DNA from: an uncultured bacterium
GTDB taxonomy: Bacteria > Oederibacteriota > Oederibacteriia > Oederibacteriales > Oederibacteriaceae
Length of the DNA stretch: 64,000 nt
Assembly (NCBI GenBank): GCA_965112635.1
Contig: OZ218778.1
Coordinates: 2,240,001-2,304,000, forward strand
Reading direction: 5' to 3'
Both the position numbers and the translations under genes were made by a program. The notes under the pieces are model-generated. The model was given only the letters and a program-made list of their open reading frames with translations. It was not told the origin of the DNA and ran no database searches. Below, one piece after another: positions 60,242 to 64,000 of this stretch. Within the stretch, counting starts at the first letter, position 1, and each line of letters starts with the position of its first letter.

Positions 60242-61037
60242 TATTTTTAACAAACCCCTCTAATAAAGCCAAAGCGGAATCAGCTGCCAGCGCACTGGTT
60301 TTGGGATTAGCGGCTGACGGCAAGTTTTCTGTCCTACACACCATTCGTCCAAATCGTCCTTCCAAAGTTATCTCATGCACATTGATAAAAAGGGAGGGAT
60401 CAGCAATGATCTTCACTTGAGTGTTTTCTGGTCCGATACCGGCCAAACTAAGTGTGGCAGCCACATTAATATTGGCTGGAAATGCCTTAGCGGCTTCTAG
60501 GGCATTACCCTCGAAGATGACTGTGCGCACCTTAATTTTTTCCAAATCTATCTTTTTATTAACAATATAGGGGGCGTTCGCAAAACTTTTTGGTGGCTTT
60601 GAGGTAACTAGGATCACTTTGTCGATATGTTCTTGTTTCGCGGCTTTAATGGCATCGATCCCACCAATCGCCCCTGAAGGAACAAAAATATTTAGTCCTT
60701 TGCTTTGCGCCTTGATAATCAGTTTCTCTTCGTAGAGCAACGCTCCAACAGAAAGAAAAATGACATTCTTGTTTTTCCACCTTACGCATTCTTTGAGAAC
60801 TTTAGACACCGCAGCTTGATTAGCGCACTCTACAATAATGTCAACATCTTTAACTAATGCCGCTAAAGTGGAAACTTTCGGCTTTAAAGATAAAGTTTCT
60901 AACAATCTTTTAGTCTTGGCCAGGTCATTATCGCAAATGGCAGCAAGTTTCAGTTGAGGAAATCTTTTTTCTAAATTTTGGGCCAAAACAGTGCCAATAC
61001 CACCACACCCTATAATTCCTACTTTTCTCGTTTTCAT
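60225..61037 (-). CDS. nadX: L-aspartate dehydrogenase
   Basis: IIGCGGIG, VECA, SVGAL, PSGAIGGID, FEG.A.EA...FP.NINVAA, NPKTS.LA. Confidence 0.92.
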   Translation of the reverse strand: MKTRKVGIIGCGGIGTVLAQNLEKRFPQLKLAAICDNDLAKTKRLLETLSLKPKVSTLAALVKDVDIIVECANQAAVSKVLKECVRWKNKNVIFLSVGALLYEEKLIIKAQSKGLNIFVPSGAIGGIDAIKAAKQEHIDKVILVTSKPPKSFANAPYIVNKKIDLEKIKVRTVIFEGNALEAAKAFPANINVAATLSLAGIGPENTQVKIIADPSLFINVHEITLEGRFGRMVCRTENLPSAANPKTSALAADSALALLEGFVKNIRVGS

Positions 61038-61048
61038 ATCTCTCTCAA

Positions 61049-61426
61049 TTAAATCCTTCCTTTAATCCTCTTCGAAGTAGAGATGATTCTGTTTTTCTTA
61101 TTTACATGAACAATAGCCGGCTTAAAATGCATGCATTCGGACTCATCAAAAAGACCGTAGGCTATTATAATAACCAAATCTCCTACCTGGGCTAGCCTGG
61201 CCGTGGGGCCGTTCAGGCATATCTCGCCATTGCCCCTATTCCCTGGAATACAATATGTTGTTGCGCGCTGGCCATTATTGATGTTTAAAACCTGGACTTG
61301 CTCGAAGGGTAAAAGACCCGCGGCCACAAGAAGTTTCTGATCGATGGTGATACTACCCTTATAATTGAGGTTGGTTTCTGTAACTGTGGCGCGGTGAATC
61401 TTAGATTTACATAGAGTTCGCAACAT
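61049..61426 (-). CDS. panD: Aspartate 1-decarboxylase
   Basis: [29 protein letters not shown]. Confidence 0.97.
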   Translation of the reverse strand: MLRTLCKSKIHRATVTETNLNYKGSITIDQKLLVAAGLLPFEQVQVLNINNGQRATTYCIPGNRGNGEICLNGPTARLAQVGDLVIIIAYGLFDESECMHFKPAIVHVNKKNRIISTSKRIKGRI

Positions 61427-61431
61427 AACTT

Positions 61432-62292
61432 TTATTTAATCTCCATTTCAAAATTATCGATCAATTTCACTTTACCTATCTGGGAAGATACTATAGCTAG
61501 AATTTTCCCCTTAATTTTATTCACAACAAAAAAATTGTCTGGATCAACAATATCAAGATATAGGATTTTAACCAGTTTTTCTGTGCAGAGCATCTCTGTC
61601 GTTCTAGAAATTAAACGGCTTCGTTGCCTTTCGCCTAATTGTATCATTGATTGCATAAATTGAAGCGACCGGAATAGAACGGGCGCCGCTTTCCTTTCCA
61701 AGGGAGATAGATAAAGATTTCTCGAACTCATCGCCAGGCCGTCTTTCTCACGTGCAGTTGGCAGAATTTTCATAATTAAATCATAGTTGAGATCCCTTAT
61801 CATCTGTTTGATGATCGCGACTTGCTGCGCGTCCTTTTGACCAAAATAAACAAAATCAGGCTTCACAATATTGAAAAGCTTGGCCACCACAGAAGTGACT
61901 CCTTGAAAATGGCCAGGCCTTAGAGCCCCCTCAAAAATCGTGGTCAGTTTTTTACTTGCTAAAACTTGGGTGCCAAAACCGTTAGGGTACATTTCCCTGA
62001 CATTGGGTAGGAATAAATAATCAATTTTTTCTTTCTTGGCCAATTTTATATCCCTTACCTCATCCCTGGGATAACGGCTGTAATCGTCGTTAGGCCCAAA
62101 TTGTAAGGGGTTGACAAAAATTGACGCTATGGATTTTGAGCATTGGTTTTTACTTGCTCGCAATAAACTGAGATGCCCCTCGTGAAAAGAACCCATGGTG
62201 GGAACAAAACCAATACCGTTCCGGCTCTTCCTTAATTTATCAGAAACCGCTAACATTTCCTGGACAGACCTAACAATTTTCAACGAAAACAA
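61432..62292 (-). CDS. panC: Pantoate--beta-alanine ligase
   Basis: [46 protein letters not shown]. Confidence 0.97.
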   Translation of the reverse strand: MFSLKIVRSVQEMLAVSDKLRKSRNGIGFVPTMGSFHEGHLSLLRASKNQCSKSIASIFVNPLQFGPNDDYSRYPRDEVRDIKLAKKEKIDYLFLPNVREMYPNGFGTQVLASKKLTTIFEGALRPGHFQGVTSVVAKLFNIVKPDFVYFGQKDAQQVAIIKQMIRDLNYDLIMKILPTAREKDGLAMSSRNLYLSPLERKAAPVLFRSLQFMQSMIQLGERQRSRLISRTTEMLCTEKLVKILYLDIVDPDNFFVVNKIKGKILAIVSSQIGKVKLIDNFEMEIK

Positions 62293-62310
62293 ACAGCCTT
62301 CCTAGTCAAT

Positions 62311-62970
62311 CTATTTTGACTTTTCGCTTAGACCCGAAGGGGTGTAGTAAAAAGTACCTTTCTTCATTTCACGGATATGCTTGATAAGATCCGTCAAATC
62401 CTGAGAGCGACGGACAAAATCAATGTCCGTGGTATTGACGACTAACAATGGTGTTTCGTTGTAATGGAAGAAAAAATAATTATAGGCCTGATTGAGGGAA
62501 TCGATATATTCAGGCGATATATCCTTTTCATAGGGTCTGCCCCTCCTGCGTATGCGCTGCAGAAGGATCTCCGTGCTGCTTTGCAAATATATGACCAGGT
62601 CCGGTTTAAGCACTTTTTCTTTAAAAATATTATAAAGTCTGTCATAAAGAACTAACTCGTTCTCATCAAGGGTTATATTGGCGAAAATGCGGTCCTTAGC
62701 AAAGAGAAAATCGGAAATAATATTGCGGCTAAATAAATCCTGTTGCTGCAACTCCTGTTGCTGCCTAAATCTGCTTAAAAGAAAGAACATCTGCGCCTGA
62801 AAGGCATAGGCGCGCATATCTTTGTAAAATTTTGCTAAAAAGGGGTTATCTTCGACATTTTCTGCAATAAGCCGCGCATTCATTTCTCTCGCCAGGAATT
62901 CGCAAAGGCTTGTTTTACCAACCCCCAAAACCCCTTCAACAACCGTATATTTTCCTTGTCCCTGATCCAT
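62311..62970 (-). CDS. Deoxynucleoside kinase
   Basis: VEG..GVGKTSL, NPFL.KFY, Q.FFL.SR, KDRIFA, PDLVIYL, R.RGR.YE. Confidence 0.93.
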   Translation of the reverse strand: MDQGQGKYTVVEGVLGVGKTSLCEFLAREMNARLIAENVEDNPFLAKFYKDMRAYAFQAQMFFLLSRFRQQQELQQQDLFSRNIISDFLFAKDRIFANITLDENELVLYDRLYNIFKEKVLKPDLVIYLQSSTEILLQRIRRRGRPYEKDISPEYIDSLNQAYNYFFFHYNETPLLVVNTTDIDFVRRSQDLTDLIKHIREMKKGTFYYTPSGLSEKSK

Positions 62971-62999
62971 TGACCCCTCTTGTTATTAATGTTCCAAAC

Positions 63000-63503
63000 T
63001 TAAGCGACTAATCCAAACCATTTTCTTTTATACAAACGTACATTTTGATCTAGACGTGGAATGTTTTTTAATAGCACGCGCTTTGGCCCATATGAAATCA
63101 CTCGAACTATTTCACTTAAAGGTTTCAAAACAAATTCCCTCTCCAAAATTCTGGGATGCGGAACCATTAACGCCTGCGTTTTTAACTTTTTTCGTCCATA
63201 AAGCAACAAGTCCAAGTCTATAGTTCTCGGACCGAACCGTTCGCCCTTTTGTCTCAAGAGTTTTCTTTCAATTTTTTTCAATATACTCAATAAATCAATG
63301 GCGCTTAATCCGGTTCTTATCTTTATAACAGCATTAAGAAATTGGGGTTGCTGTTTTAAATATAATGGTTCGGACTCAAAACACGGAGAAATCTTAAGTA
63401 ATTTTACTTTTTGCTTACTCTTTAATAATGTAACAGCTTTTTTTAAATTTAACAGCCTATTGCCTAAATTCGAGCCAAGGCCTATATAAGCCGTCACCCT
63501 CAC
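63000..63503 (-). CDS. folK: 2-amino-4-hydroxy-6-hydroxymethyldihydropteridine diphosphokinase
   Basis: YIGLGSNLG, FLNAV, GPRTIDLDLL, PHPR...R.FVL.PL. Confidence 0.96.
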   Translation of the reverse strand: MRVTAYIGLGSNLGNRLLNLKKAVTLLKSKQKVKLLKISPCFESEPLYLKQQPQFLNAVIKIRTGLSAIDLLSILKKIERKLLRQKGERFGPRTIDLDLLLYGRKKLKTQALMVPHPRILEREFVLKPLSEIVRVISYGPKRVLLKNIPRLDQNVRLYKRKWFGLVA

Positions 63504-63506
63504 AGC

Positions 63507-64000
63507 TCAGCGAACTTCTCTGGAGAATTTGCATAGCCGATCGACTGCAATCTTAAGTCTGTCCTCCGGCAAGGTTAAGCTAAACCTGATATAACCTTCT
63601 CCGTATTTGCCAAAACCCAATCCCGGGACAGCAATGATGCCTGCTCTTTCAATGAGTTTCGCAGCAAAACCAGTTGAGTCAATCTTGCCCGGCACTCTCG
63701 CCCAAGCGTAAAAGGTGGCGTCAAATGAGGGAAATTCAAAAATGCCTTGCGTATGGGAAAGAAAATAATCTCTCCTGGCTTTGTATATCTTCCTGATTTT
63801 TTTGCTGATTTGGTCAAACTGTTGCAAGCCTATCAGTCCAGCCACTTGAATGGCCCGGAAAACCCCTGAATCCAAATTTTCTTTTACTTTGGCAAGGCCC
63901 TCCACCGCCCTGGCGTTTCCAACCGCAAACCCAATACGCCATCCGGTCATACTAAATGTTTTCGAAAAGGAATGAAATTCTAATCCCACCTCTTTTGCCC
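63507..64000 (-). CDS. Class I/II PLP aminotransferase, probably LL-diaminopimelate aminotransferase (partial; 5' end outside window)
   Basis: EFHSFSKTFSMTGWRIGFAVGN, K.N.DSG.F..IQ.A, PG.GFG..GEGYIR.SLT. Confidence 0.85.
   Translation of the reverse strand, partial: AKEVGLEFHSFSKTFSMTGWRIGFAVGNARAVEGLAKVKENLDSGVFRAIQVAGLIGLQQFDQISKKIRKIYKARRDYFLSHTQGIFEFPSFDATFYAWARVPGKIDSTGFAAKLIERAGIIAVPGLGFGKYGEGYIRFSLTLPEDRLKIAVDRLCKFSREVR

Overview
Bacterial chromosome segment from a diderm organism. The T/S-linker proteins with T9SS-like C-terminal domains, PorV/PorQ and ScpAB suggest a poorly studied lineage such as FCPU426/Firestonebacteria-like, but this is inference only. The window appears to span the replication terminus. 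A dif-like site (ATGTCCGGTAA-TATATA-TTATGTTAACC, 24032-24059) sits exactly where gene orientation flips: 18 of 25 genes to its left are on +, and 45 of 48 to its right are on -. xerD and scpB/scpA lie nearby, and the core genes flanking dif are extremely AT-rich and diverged. The left arm (1-19.6 kb) is accessory: GH32, GH10, GH3, a DUF2779 nuclease-like gene, VIT1, a duplicated Cys-rich membrane protein + DoxX module, a triple Cys-clamped glycine-zipper protein with a beta-barrel partner, and thiC. The rest is mainly housekeeping (der-plsY-gpsA-ihf-merR, gmk/yicC, cmk-plsC-rpsA, coaBC-pheA-hisC-tyrA[frameshifted]-aroA-aroG, apt, a sigma factor, livGF, crp, uvrA, folK-panCD-nadX) with five tRNAs. 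No CRISPR array, transposase or prophage was seen. All calls come from manual motif reading, not database searches.
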